A stretch of 64,000 nucleotides of DNA from Acidimicrobiia bacterium (GCA_047459075.1 VSCH01000007.1:19606-83605), one strand, 5' to 3'. Numbered from the stretch's first letter, positions 35,490 through 45,586 are shown. Made by a program: numbers and translations. The notes: generated by a model not told the origin, from the sequence alone.

Positions 35490-36577
35490 GGTCGCCGGTG
35501 GCACCCCTGGTCCACGTCGTCGGCGCCCGCCCCAACTTCGTCAAGGCCGCGCCCGTCGTGGCCGCCCTGGCCGACCGCGAGCAGGTCCTCGTCCACACCG
35601 GGCAGCACTACGACGAGCGCATGTCCGACGTCTTCTTCCGGCAGCTCGGCCTGCCGGAGCCCGACGTCGACCTGGGCGTCGGCTCGGGCAGCCACGCCCG
35701 CCAGACCGCGGCGCTGCTCACCGCCCTGGAGGACGAGCTCCTGCGGCGCCGGCCCCGGCTGGTCGTCGTCTACGGCGACGTGAACTCCACCCTGGCGGCG
35801 GCGCTGGTGGCGGCCAAGCTGCAGGTGCCGGTGGCCCACGTCGAGGCCGGGCTGCGCAGCTTCGACGACACGATGCCGGAGGAGATCAACCGCCGGGTCA
35901 CCGACTCGCTCGCCCGGCTGCACCTCGTCACCAGCCCCGAGGCCATCGGGAACCTGGCCCGCGAGGGGGTCGCCGTCGAGGGCATCCACTTCGTCGGCAA
36001 CCCGATGATCGACACGCTGCTGGCCAACCTCGACCGCTTCGACGTGGCCGCGGCCCGGCGGGCGGTCGGCCTCGGCCCCGACGGCCCCTACGGGCTCGTC
36101 ACCCTGCACCGGCCGGCCAACGTCGACGACCCCCGGGCCATCGCCGCGCTGGTCGTGGCGCTCAAGGAGGTCGCCGGCTCGCTGCCCCTCGTCTTCCCCG
36201 TGCACCCCCGGGGCCGGGCGGCCTTCGAGCAGGCCGGCCTCACGTCGATCGCCGGCATCACCGTCGTCGACCCGCTGGGCTACATCGAGTTCGTGTCGCT
36301 CATGCGGGGGGCGGCGCTGGTCGTCACCGACAGCGGCGGGGTGCAGGAGGAGACGACCGTGCTGCGGGTGCCGTGCGTCACGGTCCGGCCCAACACCGAG
36401 CGCCCGATCACCATCACCCACGGCACCAACCGGCTGAGCACCATCGAGGAGCTCCCGGCGGTCGCCCGCGCCGCGCTGGCCGCCGGGCCGCCCCCGGACG
36501 ACCGGGTGCCGCCGCTGTGGGACGGCCGGGCCGGGCAGCGCATCGCCGAGGTGCTCGCCGCCTGGCTCGACGGCTGA
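35486..36577 (+). CDS. wecB: UDP-N-acetylglucosamine 2-epimerase (non-hydrolysing)
   Basis: VHVVGARPNFVKAAPV, HTGQHYDERMSDVFFRQLGLPEPD, VVYGDVNSTLAAAL, HVEAGLRSFD..MPEEINR and DSGGVQEE are near-canonical WecB. The GTG at 35486 overlaps the upstream stop (GTGA). An alternative GTG lies at 35498. Confidence 0.92.
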   Translation: MRSPVAPLVHVVGARPNFVKAAPVVAALADREQVLVHTGQHYDERMSDVFFRQLGLPEPDVDLGVGSGSHARQTAALLTALEDELLRRRPRLVVVYGDVNSTLAAALVAAKLQVPVAHVEAGLRSFDDTMPEEINRRVTDSLARLHLVTSPEAIGNLAREGVAVEGIHFVGNPMIDTLLANLDRFDVAAARRAVGLGPDGPYGLVTLHRPANVDDPRAIAALVVALKEVAGSLPLVFPVHPRGRAAFEQAGLTSIAGITVVDPLGYIEFVSLMRGAALVVTDSGGVQEETTVLRVPCVTVRPNTERPITITHGTNRLSTIEELPAVARAALAAGPPPDDRVPPLWDGRAGQRIAEVLAAWLDG

Positions 36578-36606
36578 GCCCCCGACCGGGGCCGGGCTCG
36601 GCGGGG

Positions 36607-37722
36607 TCAGCGGAGCAGGCCGCCGAGGAACCCGGCGAGCTGCTTGACGTGGTCGGCCCGGTCGAGGCGGCTCGCGGCCGCGTCGCACGCCTGGGTCAGC
36701 GCCTCGGACGACGCCCGCCCCGAGGCGAGGAGCTCGACCACCTGCGCGGCGACCTCCTCGGGGCCGGCCCCGGCGTCGACCACGAGCCCGCAGCCGGTGG
36801 CGCGGACCAGCTCGGCGATGTCCCAGCCGATGTCGGTTGTGACGACGCCGACGCCGGAGGCGACGTACTCGCCGAACTTCGTCGGGTACGAGACCTCGTT
36901 GACGAGGTGGGGCCGGCGCACGATGAAGCCGAGCTGGGTGGCCCGCAGGTGCTCGGCCACCTCGGGCGGCGAGTGGGCCGCCACCACCCGGACGGCGCCG
37001 TCGGGGAGCGCCCGGCGCAGCACCTCGGCCCGCTCGTCCCGGCTGACGACCAGGAACCGCAGGTCCGGGTCGAGCCGGTGCATCGCCGCCCAGATCTCGG
37101 CGAGCATGGGCAGGTTCTGCCAGGGCGCCCCGGTGCCGATGTAGGTCATCGCGCCCGGGCCCGGCGGCCGCAGGCGGAACGTCGACCGGTCGACGACGGT
37201 CGGCGCCACGGCGACCGGCATGTCGCCGACCCGGTCGCGCAGCAGGCCGGCCATCGGCCGGGACACGACGACGGCGGCGTCCGGCCGCCGGCCCACCCGC
37301 GTGCTGCGCCACAGGCCCTCGACCATCGCCCGCCGGCGGCGGTCGTCGGCGTGGAGGAGGCGCTCCTCGGGCACGCCGTTCACGCACCAGACCAGCCGGC
37401 CGGCGCGGACGGCCCGGGCGTAGGGCAGGGCGGTGAACCCGACCGCCAGCACGAGGTCGGCCCGCTCCCGGCGGCGGTCGGCGAGCGCCCGCAGCGCTCC
37501 CGGCATGCCCTGGGCCCGCCCGTCGAGCACGGCGGAGCGGACCCGCAGGCGGGGCGCCATGAAGGCGTCGACCTGGGCGGCGGCGGCCGCGCGGTCGCCG
37601 TCGGGGCACAGCCACCAGAACCGCTGGCGGGCGCCGAGCTCGTCCAGCGTGTCGAGCAGGAACGCCAGGCGCCGCCCCTGGAACGGCCCCCGGTAGACGA
37701 CGTCGACGAGCGGCCCGCTCAC
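36607..37722 (-). CDS. GT-B fold glycosyltransferase (family uncertain)
   Basis: This is a 371-aa ORF with a GTG start. The C-terminal half resembles the GT1/GT4 donor-binding domain (TYIGTGAPWQNLPML, PTKFGEYVASGVGVVTTDIG). Confidence 0.6.
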   Translation of the reverse strand: MSGPLVDVVYRGPFQGRRLAFLLDTLDELGARQRFWWLCPDGDRAAAAAQVDAFMAPRLRVRSAVLDGRAQGMPGALRALADRRRERADLVLAVGFTALPYARAVRAGRLVWCVNGVPEERLLHADDRRRRAMVEGLWRSTRVGRRPDAAVVVSRPMAGLLRDRVGDMPVAVAPTVVDRSTFRLRPPGPGAMTYIGTGAPWQNLPMLAEIWAAMHRLDPDLRFLVVSRDERAEVLRRALPDGAVRVVAAHSPPEVAEHLRATQLGFIVRRPHLVNEVSYPTKFGEYVASGVGVVTTDIGWDIAELVRATGCGLVVDAGAGPEEVAAQVVELLASGRASSEALTQACDAAASRLDRADHVKQLAGFLGGLLR

Positions 37723-37762
37723 GGGTGCCCCCGCAGGTGGGCGCCGGTGGCGGCGGGCCGGC

Positions 37763-39547
37763 TCATGCCGGGTCGGGCGCGGCGCCGGCCAGCGCGAGCG
37801 TCGCCCGGTAGTAGCCCTCGACCCGCTCCAGGTTCGCGGGGGTGTCGAACGCCGCCACCCGGCCGTCCTCCAGGACCATGATGCGGTCGCAGCTGCTGAG
37901 CGTGGACATGCGGTGGGCGACGATGAACATCGTCACCGAGCCCCGCAGCCCCTCCAGCGACCGCTGGATGGCGACCTCGGAGTGGGGGTCGAGCGCGCTC
38001 GTCGGCTCGTCGAGCACGAGGATCTCGGGCCGGCCGGCCAGGGCCCGGGCGAGGCACAGGCGCTGGCGCTGGCCGCCGGAGACGGCGTCCAGCCGCTGGC
38101 CCACGCGGTGCTCGTAGCCGCCGGGCCAGGCCATCACCTCGTCGTGGATGTGGGCGAGGCGGGCGGCCCGCTCGACGTCCTCGTCGGTGACCTCCTCCCG
38201 GAAGTAGCGGATGTTCTCCGCCACCGTCCCGTTGAGCAGGCGGGGCTCCTGGGAGACGTAGGCGACCCGCTGCTGCCAGGCCTCGAGGGCGATCTCCCGG
38301 ACGTCGATGCCGCCGACCAGGTAGCGCCCGGCGTCGGGCTCGCGCAGGCGCAGCAGCAGCTGCACGAGCGTCGACTTGCCGGCGCCGGACAGGCCGACGA
38401 TGCCGATCGTCTCGCCCGCCTCGACGTGGAAGGAGACGTCCTCGAGCACCGTCTGGCGCTCGTCGTAGGAGAACGACACCCGCTCGAAGGCGATGTCGGC
38501 CCGGGGCGGCACCGGCAGGTCGCCCGACCGCTGCACGCTGTCGTCGTAGCGCCGAACCTCCTTCTGGATGCGGTCGAGGAACGGCGCCACGTCGTTGAGC
38601 TTCTGGTAGGCGGTCTGCAGCTGCTGCCCGTAGGACAGGGCCCGCACGAGGATCAGCACGATGGCGCCGAGGGCGCCGAGGTCCTCGGCGCCGACCGCGT
38701 AGAGCACGGCCAGGCCCAGGATCACGAGGATCAGCGCCAGCCCCTGGTGCAGGGCGGGCACGCTCATCGAGAGGAACTGCGTGCGGAAGTAGGGCTGCTC
38801 GACCCTCTCGACGAGCCGGTCGACCCGGGCCCGGTGCTGGGTCGCCGTGCCGTAGACGTGCATCTCCTCGGTGAGGCGCACGGCCTCGCCGACGCCGTCG
38901 GCCAGCGCCAGGGACCCGGAGGAGTGCAGGGCCGCCTGCTTGCGGGTCGCCCGGCCGAACGGGCGGAGGACGAGGAAGATGCCCACCGCCGCGACCGCGA
39001 CCGTCAGCGCGATGAGCGGGCTGAGCACGACCGCCGACGCGACGAGGATGAGGAACGAGGCGAACGGCGAGATGGCGCCGGCGACGATCATCGCCGCCTG
39101 GGTGGCGCTGCGGGTGTGCGACGCCATCATCTCCTGCAGGTGGCCCTCGCCGTCGCGGGACTGCACGCTCCAGGAGGCCCGCGTGTAGGCGTGGAAGAGC
39201 TTGCGCATCAGCCGCGACTGGGCCCGGGCGTTCATCCGGGCCGTGCGCCAGGCGAGGAACCACTGCATGCCCAGCCGCAGGGCGGCGAGCAGGGCCGCCG
39301 CCGCGAGCAGCCAGGGCACCGCGGCGTGGACCTTGACGAAGCCGATCTCGACGTCCGCGCCGCCGTGGCCCTGGGCCATCGAGTAGGCGACCTGGGCCAT
39401 GAGGGCGAGGACGCCGGCCTCGAAGAACCCGGCCAGCACGGCGAGCGAGCCGAGCACGGCCATCTGCCGCGGCAGCGGGCCGAGCGCGAACTCGGCCTTC
39501 GCCCGGGCCGAGGCGAACCGGCGCAGGCCGGTGCCGAGGGCGCTCAT
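37763..39547 (-). CDS. ABC exporter, fused permease plus ATPase (MsbA/type I exporter-like)
   Basis: The ATG at 39547 overlaps the upstream stop (ATGA). The N-terminal half has six hydrophobic helices. Walker A is GLSGAGKST, the signature is VSGGQRQR and Walker B is ILVLDEPTSALD. Length is 594 aa. Confidence 0.92.
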   Translation of the reverse strand: MSALGTGLRRFASARAKAEFALGPLPRQMAVLGSLAVLAGFFEAGVLALMAQVAYSMAQGHGGADVEIGFVKVHAAVPWLLAAAALLAALRLGMQWFLAWRTARMNARAQSRLMRKLFHAYTRASWSVQSRDGEGHLQEMMASHTRSATQAAMIVAGAISPFASFLILVASAVVLSPLIALTVAVAAVGIFLVLRPFGRATRKQAALHSSGSLALADGVGEAVRLTEEMHVYGTATQHRARVDRLVERVEQPYFRTQFLSMSVPALHQGLALILVILGLAVLYAVGAEDLGALGAIVLILVRALSYGQQLQTAYQKLNDVAPFLDRIQKEVRRYDDSVQRSGDLPVPPRADIAFERVSFSYDERQTVLEDVSFHVEAGETIGIVGLSGAGKSTLVQLLLRLREPDAGRYLVGGIDVREIALEAWQQRVAYVSQEPRLLNGTVAENIRYFREEVTDEDVERAARLAHIHDEVMAWPGGYEHRVGQRLDAVSGGQRQRLCLARALAGRPEILVLDEPTSALDPHSEVAIQRSLEGLRGSVTMFIVAHRMSTLSSCDRIMVLEDGRVAAFDTPANLERVEGYYRATLALAGAAPDPA

Positions 39548-40563
39548 CGGGCCGTCCCTGCGGCGGCCGGGGCCGGGGCGAGGCGGCGCCACGCGTAGCG
39601 GGCGCCGGCCACCAGCTCGTCGTAGAGGGCCCGCCGGGGCCAGGACCGGCAGAAGAACAGCAGGACCGCGCCGCCCATGCGGACCCGGTCGAGGGGGCCG
39701 AACTGGGGCGCCCGGGCGACGAGCGCCAGGTAGTTGCCGAGCAGCCGCCAGCGGTCGAACGTCGGCCGGGCGGCCGGGCGGCCCGTCCACCAGTCGTGGC
39801 CGCGGCCCTTGCGGACGCTCACCGCCTCGGTGGAGTTGAACAGGTACTCGTCGAGCTCCCGCACGCCGCCGGCCAGGACCATCTCGGCGAACAGGACGCG
39901 GTCGGACCCCTTGTAGGCCTTCATGGGTCGGGTGGCCCGCAGGGCGTCCGTGCGCATCACCCCGAAGATGCCCGTCTGGTACTTCCAGTTCCAGAGGGCG
40001 TGGAAGAAGCGCCGCTCGGGCCGGCGGGACATGATGTCGCTGGGGTGCCGGTACCGCCGGACGAGGTTGCCGGACTCGTCCCAGACGTTGGTGCTCGGGA
40101 AGACGAGCGTGACGTCGGGCTCGCGCTCGAGCACCTCGACGCAGCGGCGGAGGAACGAGGGCTCGAGCCAGTCGTCGTAGGCCGCCCACTTGAAGTAGCG
40201 CCCCCGGGCCAGCTCGAGGGCGAGGGCGAAGTTGCGGGCCGCGCCGACGTTCTCGGGGTTCCGGTGGTAGCGGACCCGGGGGTCGGCCGCCGCGTACCGC
40301 CGGGCGATCTCGCCGGTGGCGTCGGTGGACGCGTTGTCGACCACGATCAGCTCGAGGTCGGTGAAGTCCTGGTCGAGGATCGACCGGATCGCCCGCTCCA
40401 GGTACCGCTCGCCGTTGTGCACCGGCAGGCCGATGCTGACGGTGGGCGCGCCCCCGGGCGCGCCGGCCCCACGCCGCGCCGGTTCGACCTGCTCTCCGCC
40501 GTCCGCCGCCGCCGAGCCCGCGCTCGGCCCGCTCTCGATCAGGTTCGACATCCGCTCCGCCAC
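39544..40563 (-). CDS. GT2-family glycosyltransferase (paralog A)
   Basis: TVSIGLPVHNGERYLERAIRSILDQDFTDLELIVVDNASTDAT, RYHRNPENVGAARN and KWAAYDDW are present. The start is GTG 40563 or ATG 40551. Confidence 0.88.
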   Translation of the reverse strand: MAERMSNLIESGPSAGSAAADGGEQVEPARRGAGAPGGAPTVSIGLPVHNGERYLERAIRSILDQDFTDLELIVVDNASTDATGEIARRYAAADPRVRYHRNPENVGAARNFALALELARGRYFKWAAYDDWLEPSFLRRCVEVLEREPDVTLVFPSTNVWDESGNLVRRYRHPSDIMSRRPERRFFHALWNWKYQTGIFGVMRTDALRATRPMKAYKGSDRVLFAEMVLAGGVRELDEYLFNSTEAVSVRKGRGHDWWTGRPAARPTFDRWRLLGNYLALVARAPQFGPLDRVRMGGAVLLFFCRSWPRRALYDELVAGARYAWRRLAPAPAAAGTAR

Positions 40564-40779
40564 CGCCTTCGTTCCCAGGTGAGGTTAGCCACCATCCCGC
40601 GCTCCGTGCGACCACCGGCGCCCGAAATCGCCAACAACCTGCCACGTGTAGTGGTCGTCACGCGCGCCGAGAGCGGACACGACGCCGTCGCTCGGCGGGC
40701 CCGGGGCGAGGGCTAGGCTGCCCGGCTCGATGGCAGGCGCACGGAGCGCGGCACCTCCCGGGTCGCGCCGCGCGTCGCC

Positions 40780-41985
40780 GTGAGGCGGGACACCGCCGCC
40801 CGTGTCGTCGGCGCGGTGACGCTCGGGTGGCTCGGCTGCTTCGCCTACCTGACCCTCTCGCCGCAGATCCCCGACCTGCCGGGGCTGTCCGCCGACGACC
40901 GGGTGCTCGGCACCGGGCACCTCGTGGCCAGCTTCATCCTCGCCGGGCTCGTCCACCTGTGGCTGGTGCTCGCCCGGCCGGGGCGCGGCCCGGCCCGGAC
41001 GGCGGTCACCGCCTTCGCCGCCACGGCCGCCTTCGGCCTCCTCGTCGAGCTCGTGCAGTTCCCCGTCCCCGAGCGCGAGCCGCAGCTCGCCGACGCCGTG
41101 CTCGACGTCGTCGGCGCCGCGGCCGCCGTCGCCCTGCTGGCCCGGGTGCCGGCGCGGGTGCTGCGCCGGCCGGCGACGACCGTGGCCGTCGGGGTGGTCG
41201 GGGCGGTGCTGATCGCCGGCACGGCGGCCGCAGGCGTCTGGGGCACGACGACCACGCCGGCCGAGCGGCGCTGCCCCGGGGACGTCCCCGACGGGGAGCT
41301 GGCCAGCCGGCCCCCGCCCACGGGCGAGCCCGGCGCCGAGCGGGTCGAGCGGGGGCTCGTGGCCCTCTACCCGCTCGACGGGCTGCCCGCCGGGGACGTC
41401 ACCGGCACGCTGCCCGAGCTCGAGCCCCGCGGCGAGGTCGAGCAGCTCGACCCCCACGGCGTCCACCTCGACGGCGACGCCGCGCTCGAGACGCCGGGCG
41501 CGGCCCCCGAGGTCGCCGGCCGCGTCGAGGACGCCTTCACCCTCGAGGCCTGGGTGCGCCCCGGCGACCTGGCCCAGGACGGGCCGGCCCGCATCGTCAG
41601 CTCCTCGGACGGGACCGACCTGGCCGACGTCAACGTCCACCTCGGCCAGGAGCGCCACTGCCTGAGCGTCCGGATCGGGGTGGGCGGCGGCGACGCCGAG
41701 TGGCTGCTCGTCGACGACGTGTTCGACCGGCCCCGCCGGGCCTGGCACCTGGTCGTGACCTACGACCGGGGCACCGTGCGCGCCTACGTCGACGGGCGCC
41801 TGCGGGCCCGGGCCCGCACCGGCGGCGACGGGCTCGACTGGGACCCCGACCGGCCGCTGCTCGTCGGCAACGAATCGACCGGCGACCGCGGCTTCGCCGG
41901 CGACGTCTACCTCGTCGCCCTCTACGACCGGGCGCTGACCCCCGCCGAGGTGCGGCGGAACCACGCCGCCGGGCCGACGCCCTGA
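40780..41985 (+). CDS. VanZ-like membrane domain fused to a LamG/concanavalin-A-like domain
   Basis: The N-terminus has four TM helices with a VanZ-like pattern (GHLVASFILAGL, FGLLVELVQFPVPEREPQLADAVLDVVGA). The C-terminus is LamG_3-like (AFTLEAWVRPGDL...ARIVSSSDG...WHLVVTYDRGTVRAYVDG...FAGDVYLVALYDRALTPAEV). Confidence 0.75.
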   Translation: MRRDTAARVVGAVTLGWLGCFAYLTLSPQIPDLPGLSADDRVLGTGHLVASFILAGLVHLWLVLARPGRGPARTAVTAFAATAAFGLLVELVQFPVPEREPQLADAVLDVVGAAAAVALLARVPARVLRRPATTVAVGVVGAVLIAGTAAAGVWGTTTTPAERRCPGDVPDGELASRPPPTGEPGAERVERGLVALYPLDGLPAGDVTGTLPELEPRGEVEQLDPHGVHLDGDAALETPGAAPEVAGRVEDAFTLEAWVRPGDLAQDGPARIVSSSDGTDLADVNVHLGQERHCLSVRIGVGGGDAEWLLVDDVFDRPRRAWHLVVTYDRGTVRAYVDGRLRARARTGGDGLDWDPDRPLLVGNESTGDRGFAGDVYLVALYDRALTPAEVRRNHAAGPTP

Positions 41986-42020
41986 CGGCGCCCCGACCGC
42001 GCCGGCCGCCGGCGGGGCGG

Positions 42021-42920
42021 TCAGCGGGCCAGCCGCGCGACGAGCGTGCGCAGCGACGCCGTGGCCTCGCGCCCCATGATCGGCGCCCACTCCCGCAGCT
42101 GGGCCCGGCCCCGCCGGCCGTACTCGCCGAGGCAGCGCAGCCGCTCGGCGGGCGGCATGGGCACCGTCAGCAGCATGCGGGCGGCCTCCCCCAGGTGCCG
42201 CCAGTAGCCGGCCACCGGCCGCTCCCCCCGCTGGGGCGTGAACCAGGCAACGCGCGACGCGACGTGCGCCGAGCGGTCGACGTGCTCCCGGTGGCGGAAG
42301 AGGCGCTCGGGGACCCGGACGAACCGGCCGAGCAGGACGAGCTCCATGAGCAGCGCCCGGTCGGAGCCGTACCAGGGCCCGAGCAGCCCGGTCTGCTCGA
42401 GCGCCGAGCGGCGGATCAACCCGAAGATCGTCTGGTGCACCCGGTCGTGCTCGAAGAAGGCCCGCAGCCGCTCGTGGGGCCGGTCGCCGCCGGCGGTGAT
42501 GGGCCGCCGCCAGCGGCCGAGCGGCTCGCCGCCGTCGCCGATCACCTCGATGTCGGCGGCGGCCAGCACCGCCCCCGGGTCGGCGTCGAGCGCCTCGACG
42601 CAGCGCTCGAGGAAGGTGGGCGCCAGCACGTCGTCGCAGGCGGCCCACTTGAAGTACTCGCCCCGGGCCCGGGAGAGCACCAGGTGGAAGTTCTCCCGCG
42701 CCCCGATGTCGACCGGCTGGCGCTCGTACCGCACCCGCGGGTCGGACGCGTACGCGGCGCAGATCTCGGCGGTCGCGTCGGTCGAGGCGTTGTCGGACAC
42801 GACCAGCTCGAGGTCGGTCCAGGTCTGCCCCAGGATCGACTCGATCGCCGACCGCAGGTGCCGCTCGCCGTTCCGCACGGGCAGCCCGATGGTCACCCGC
42901 GGCGTCGTCGTCGTTCCCAT
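42021..42920 (-). CDS. GT2-family glycosyltransferase (paralog B)
   Basis: RVTIGLPVRNGERHLRSAIESILGQTWTDLELVVSDNASTDAT, RYERQPVDIGAREN and KWAACDDV are present. It is clearly paralogous to 39544-40563. The ATG at 42920 lies inside the 42998 ORF. Confidence 0.88.
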   Translation of the reverse strand: MGTTTTPRVTIGLPVRNGERHLRSAIESILGQTWTDLELVVSDNASTDATAEICAAYASDPRVRYERQPVDIGARENFHLVLSRARGEYFKWAACDDVLAPTFLERCVEALDADPGAVLAAADIEVIGDGGEPLGRWRRPITAGGDRPHERLRAFFEHDRVHQTIFGLIRRSALEQTGLLGPWYGSDRALLMELVLLGRFVRVPERLFRHREHVDRSAHVASRVAWFTPQRGERPVAGYWRHLGEAARMLLTVPMPPAERLRCLGEYGRRGRAQLREWAPIMGREATASLRTLVARLAR

Positions 42921-43005
42921 GTCGTTCGCCCCCCCGCCGTGCCACGCTGCACGTTCGGTCAGCCACTCTACACGCTCCGAGCGCCCGGGGTGTCGCACTG
43001 CGCGG

Positions 43006-43878
43006 TCAGCCGACCGCGGTGCGGTAGCGCACCCGGTTGACGGCCCGCCGGATGCCGTCCTCGAGCGCCATGCCGCCCTGCGCCTTGCGCACGAAGAAGG
43101 TGCTGCCGTCGCTGACCTGCACCGCCGTGCGGGCCAGACGGTGCACGTCGGCGATGCCGATCGGGTTCGGGCGGTTGCCGCCGAGGGCCGCCGAGCGGAA
43201 GCGCTCGCGCACGAGCGGCTCGACCGCCGGCGAGGCCGGCACCGCCTTGGGGTACGCGAAGTGTCGCGCCGGCGCCCCGACGTGGTGCTCGATCAGGTCG
43301 CGGGACCGGTCGAGCTCCTCGGCCGCCTCGGCCGGGCCCACCCGGTCAAGCAGCCGGTGGGTGTGGGTGTGCGAGCCGAAGGTCACGAGGCCGGTGGCGG
43401 CCATGTCGCGCACCGCGGACCACGACAGCGGCGTGCCGTCGTCGGGGAACGGCACGCCCTCGTCGACGAACCGGGTGGCGAGGTACACCGTGGCCGGCAC
43501 GCCGTGCCGCACGAGGATCGGCGTGGCCACCTCGGCCAGGTCGGCGGTGCCGTCGTCGAAGGTGACGACGATCGGGTCCTCCACGACCTCCCGCTCGACG
43601 GGCTCGGACCGGTCACCGCCCGGGGCGCGGTCGACGGCGGCGCCCGCGGGGTCGAGCAGGTCGACGGCCTCGTCCAGGCTCATCACCCGGCCCGTGGCCG
43701 CCAGCCAGGCCATCTGCTCGTCGAACGCCTGCGGCGACAGGTCGACCTCGGTGCCCGACCCGCCGCCGACGCGGTGGTAGATGAGCACGACGACCCCCCG
43801 CGGCGGGGGCAGGACCCTGTCGCCCGCCACCGCCACCCACTTGACCGCCCGCAGCGCCAGACCCCGCGCGTCCGCCAT
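43006..43878 (-). CDS. polysaccharide deacetylase (CE4/NodB-homology)
   Basis: The NodB motifs are VVTFDDGTADL, FGSHTHTH and HFAYPKA. The ATG at 43878 lies inside the 44043 ORF. Confidence 0.85.
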   Translation of the reverse strand: MADARGLALRAVKWVAVAGDRVLPPPRGVVVLIYHRVGGGSGTEVDLSPQAFDEQMAWLAATGRVMSLDEAVDLLDPAGAAVDRAPGGDRSEPVEREVVEDPIVVTFDDGTADLAEVATPILVRHGVPATVYLATRFVDEGVPFPDDGTPLSWSAVRDMAATGLVTFGSHTHTHRLLDRVGPAEAAEELDRSRDLIEHHVGAPARHFAYPKAVPASPAVEPLVRERFRSAALGGNRPNPIGIADVHRLARTAVQVSDGSTFFVRKAQGGMALEDGIRRAVNRVRYRTAVG

Positions 43879-44060
43879 GCCGTCAGCGTAGACCACGGCG
43901 CGTGGTGGGCACGGCGCCGGGGCGAACGGACCGTGCCGGCGGGCGCCCTGCGGCGTCCCGGGCGACGCCGCGTTCCCACCCCGGCGCCGCCCGGCCGCCG
44001 CTACGCTCGCCGCCGTGACGGTCGCGCTCCGGGACGCCCACACCGCTCGACGACGGGCCG

Positions 44061-45059
44061 ATGGCTGACGCGACGACCGGCCTGGAGGTGCGGCGGGCCA
44101 CCGACGACGACCTGCCCGCGGTGCTCGAGCTGCTGCAGGCGTCGCTGGGCTGGGTCCCCGACGAGTCCTACGCCCACTTCTTCGCCTGGAAGCACCACGA
44201 CAGCCCCTTCGGCCGCTCGCCCGCCTGGGTGGCGACCGACCCCGAGGCGGACGGCCGGGTCGTCGGCTTCCGCACCTTCTCGCGCTGGCGCTTCCGGCGG
44301 GGCGACGAGGTGGTCCCCGCCGTGCGGGCCGTCGACACCGCCACCCACCCCGACTACCAGGGCCGGGGCATCTTCCGCCTGCTCACCCTGCAGGCCCTCG
44401 ACGAGCTGCGGGACGAGGGCGTCGCCTTCGTGTTCAACACGCCCAACGACCGCAGCCGCCCCGGCTACCTGAAGATGGGCTGGCGGCTCGTCCAGCGGCT
44501 GCCGGTGGCGGCGACGCCCCGCTCGCCGTGGTCGCTGGCCCGGCTCGCCCGGGCCCGCACCCCGGCCGACAAGTGGTCGACACCGACCGACGCCGGCGTG
44601 CCGCTGCCCGAGGTGCTGGCCGAGACCGGGGCGCTGACCGACCTGCTCGAGGCGGCCCGGCCCCGCGACGGACGCCTGCACACCGACCGCACGCCCGCCT
44701 ACCTCGCCTGGCGCTACGGCTTCCCGCCCCTCCACTACCGGGCGCTCGTCGCCCCCGGCGGGATCGGGTCCGGCCTCGTCGTCTTCCGCCTGCGCCGGCG
44801 GGGCGCGGCCCTCGAGGCCGCCATCTGCGAGCAGATCGTCCCGCCGGGCGACCGCCGCACCGGCCCGGCGCTGGTCCGGCGGGTGCTGCGGGCCACCGGC
44901 GCCGACCACGCCGTCCAGATCGGTCGAGCCCGGCCGGCATCGGGCACACTGCCGGTACCCGGCCAGGGGCCCACGCTCGTGTGGCGCGACCTGACCGAGA
45001 CGACGATGCCGCCGGCCGACCGCTGGGCGCTGGCCCTCGGCGACATCGAGCTGTTCTGA
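44061..45059 (+). CDS. GNAT-family acetyltransferase with an extended C-terminal region
   Basis: LEVRRATDDDLPAVLELL, VDTATHPDYQGRGIFRLLT and FVFNTPNDRSRPGYLKMGW form the acetyl-CoA-binding Q/RxxGxG/A-type motif. Length is 332 aa. Confidence 0.75.
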   Translation: MADATTGLEVRRATDDDLPAVLELLQASLGWVPDESYAHFFAWKHHDSPFGRSPAWVATDPEADGRVVGFRTFSRWRFRRGDEVVPAVRAVDTATHPDYQGRGIFRLLTLQALDELRDEGVAFVFNTPNDRSRPGYLKMGWRLVQRLPVAATPRSPWSLARLARARTPADKWSTPTDAGVPLPEVLAETGALTDLLEAARPRDGRLHTDRTPAYLAWRYGFPPLHYRALVAPGGIGSGLVVFRLRRRGAALEAAICEQIVPPGDRRTGPALVRRVLRATGADHAVQIGRARPASGTLPVPGQGPTLVWRDLTETTMPPADRWALALGDIELF

Positions 45060-45091
45060 GACCGACCACACAACGGGAGGTGCACGAGACC

Positions 45092-45586
45092 ATGGGCTTC
45101 GCCCTGTCCGACATGACCGTGTCGTCGCCCGCCTTCGAGAACGGCGGCCCCATCCCCCGCCGCCACACCGCCTACGGCGAGAACATCTCGCCCGCGCTCC
45201 GCTGGAGCGGGGCGCCCGAGGGGACCCGCTCGTTCGCGCTGATCTGCCACGACCCCGACGCGCCGCTGGTGACGCCGGCCGGCCACCACGGCTACGTCCA
45301 CTGGGTGCTCTACAACATCCCGGGCGACGTCACCGAGCTGCCCGAGGGCATCGACCCCGGCAAGTACACGACCGGGCCCAACGAGCAGGGCGAGACCGCC
45401 TACTTCGGGCCCCGGCCCCCGGCCGGCCACGGCCGCCACGCCTACTACTTCTGGCTGCTGGCGCTGCGGCGCGAGCCCGACCTCGAGCCGGGGCTCGACA
45501 TGCGCAGCCTGCTGCGGGCCGTGGAGGGCGACCTCCTCGGCATGAACCGGCTGGTCGGCACCTACGAGCAGCCCGCCGAGGGCTGA
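45092..45586 (+). CDS. YbhB/YbcL-family phosphatidylethanolamine-binding protein (PEBP/Raf-kinase-inhibitor-like)
   Basis: A GGGAGG lies 11 nt upstream of ATG 45092. SPAFENGGPIP, SPALRWSGAP, FALICHDPDAP, HWVLYNIP and GHGRHAYYFWLLAL are present. Confidence 0.9.
   Translation: MGFALSDMTVSSPAFENGGPIPRRHTAYGENISPALRWSGAPEGTRSFALICHDPDAPLVTPAGHHGYVHWVLYNIPGDVTELPEGIDPGKYTTGPNEQGETAYFGPRPPAGHGRHAYYFWLLALRREPDLEPGLDMRSLLRAVEGDLLGMNRLVGTYEQPAEG

Noticed and set aside
32570-36577. 1335-aa plus-strand ORF
   Set aside because: Only the final 364 codons (from GTG 35486) read as a protein, a canonical WecB. The upstream 970 codons are Arg/Pro/Gly-rich and overlap the secreted-protein gene and the GT2-fusion gene in another frame.
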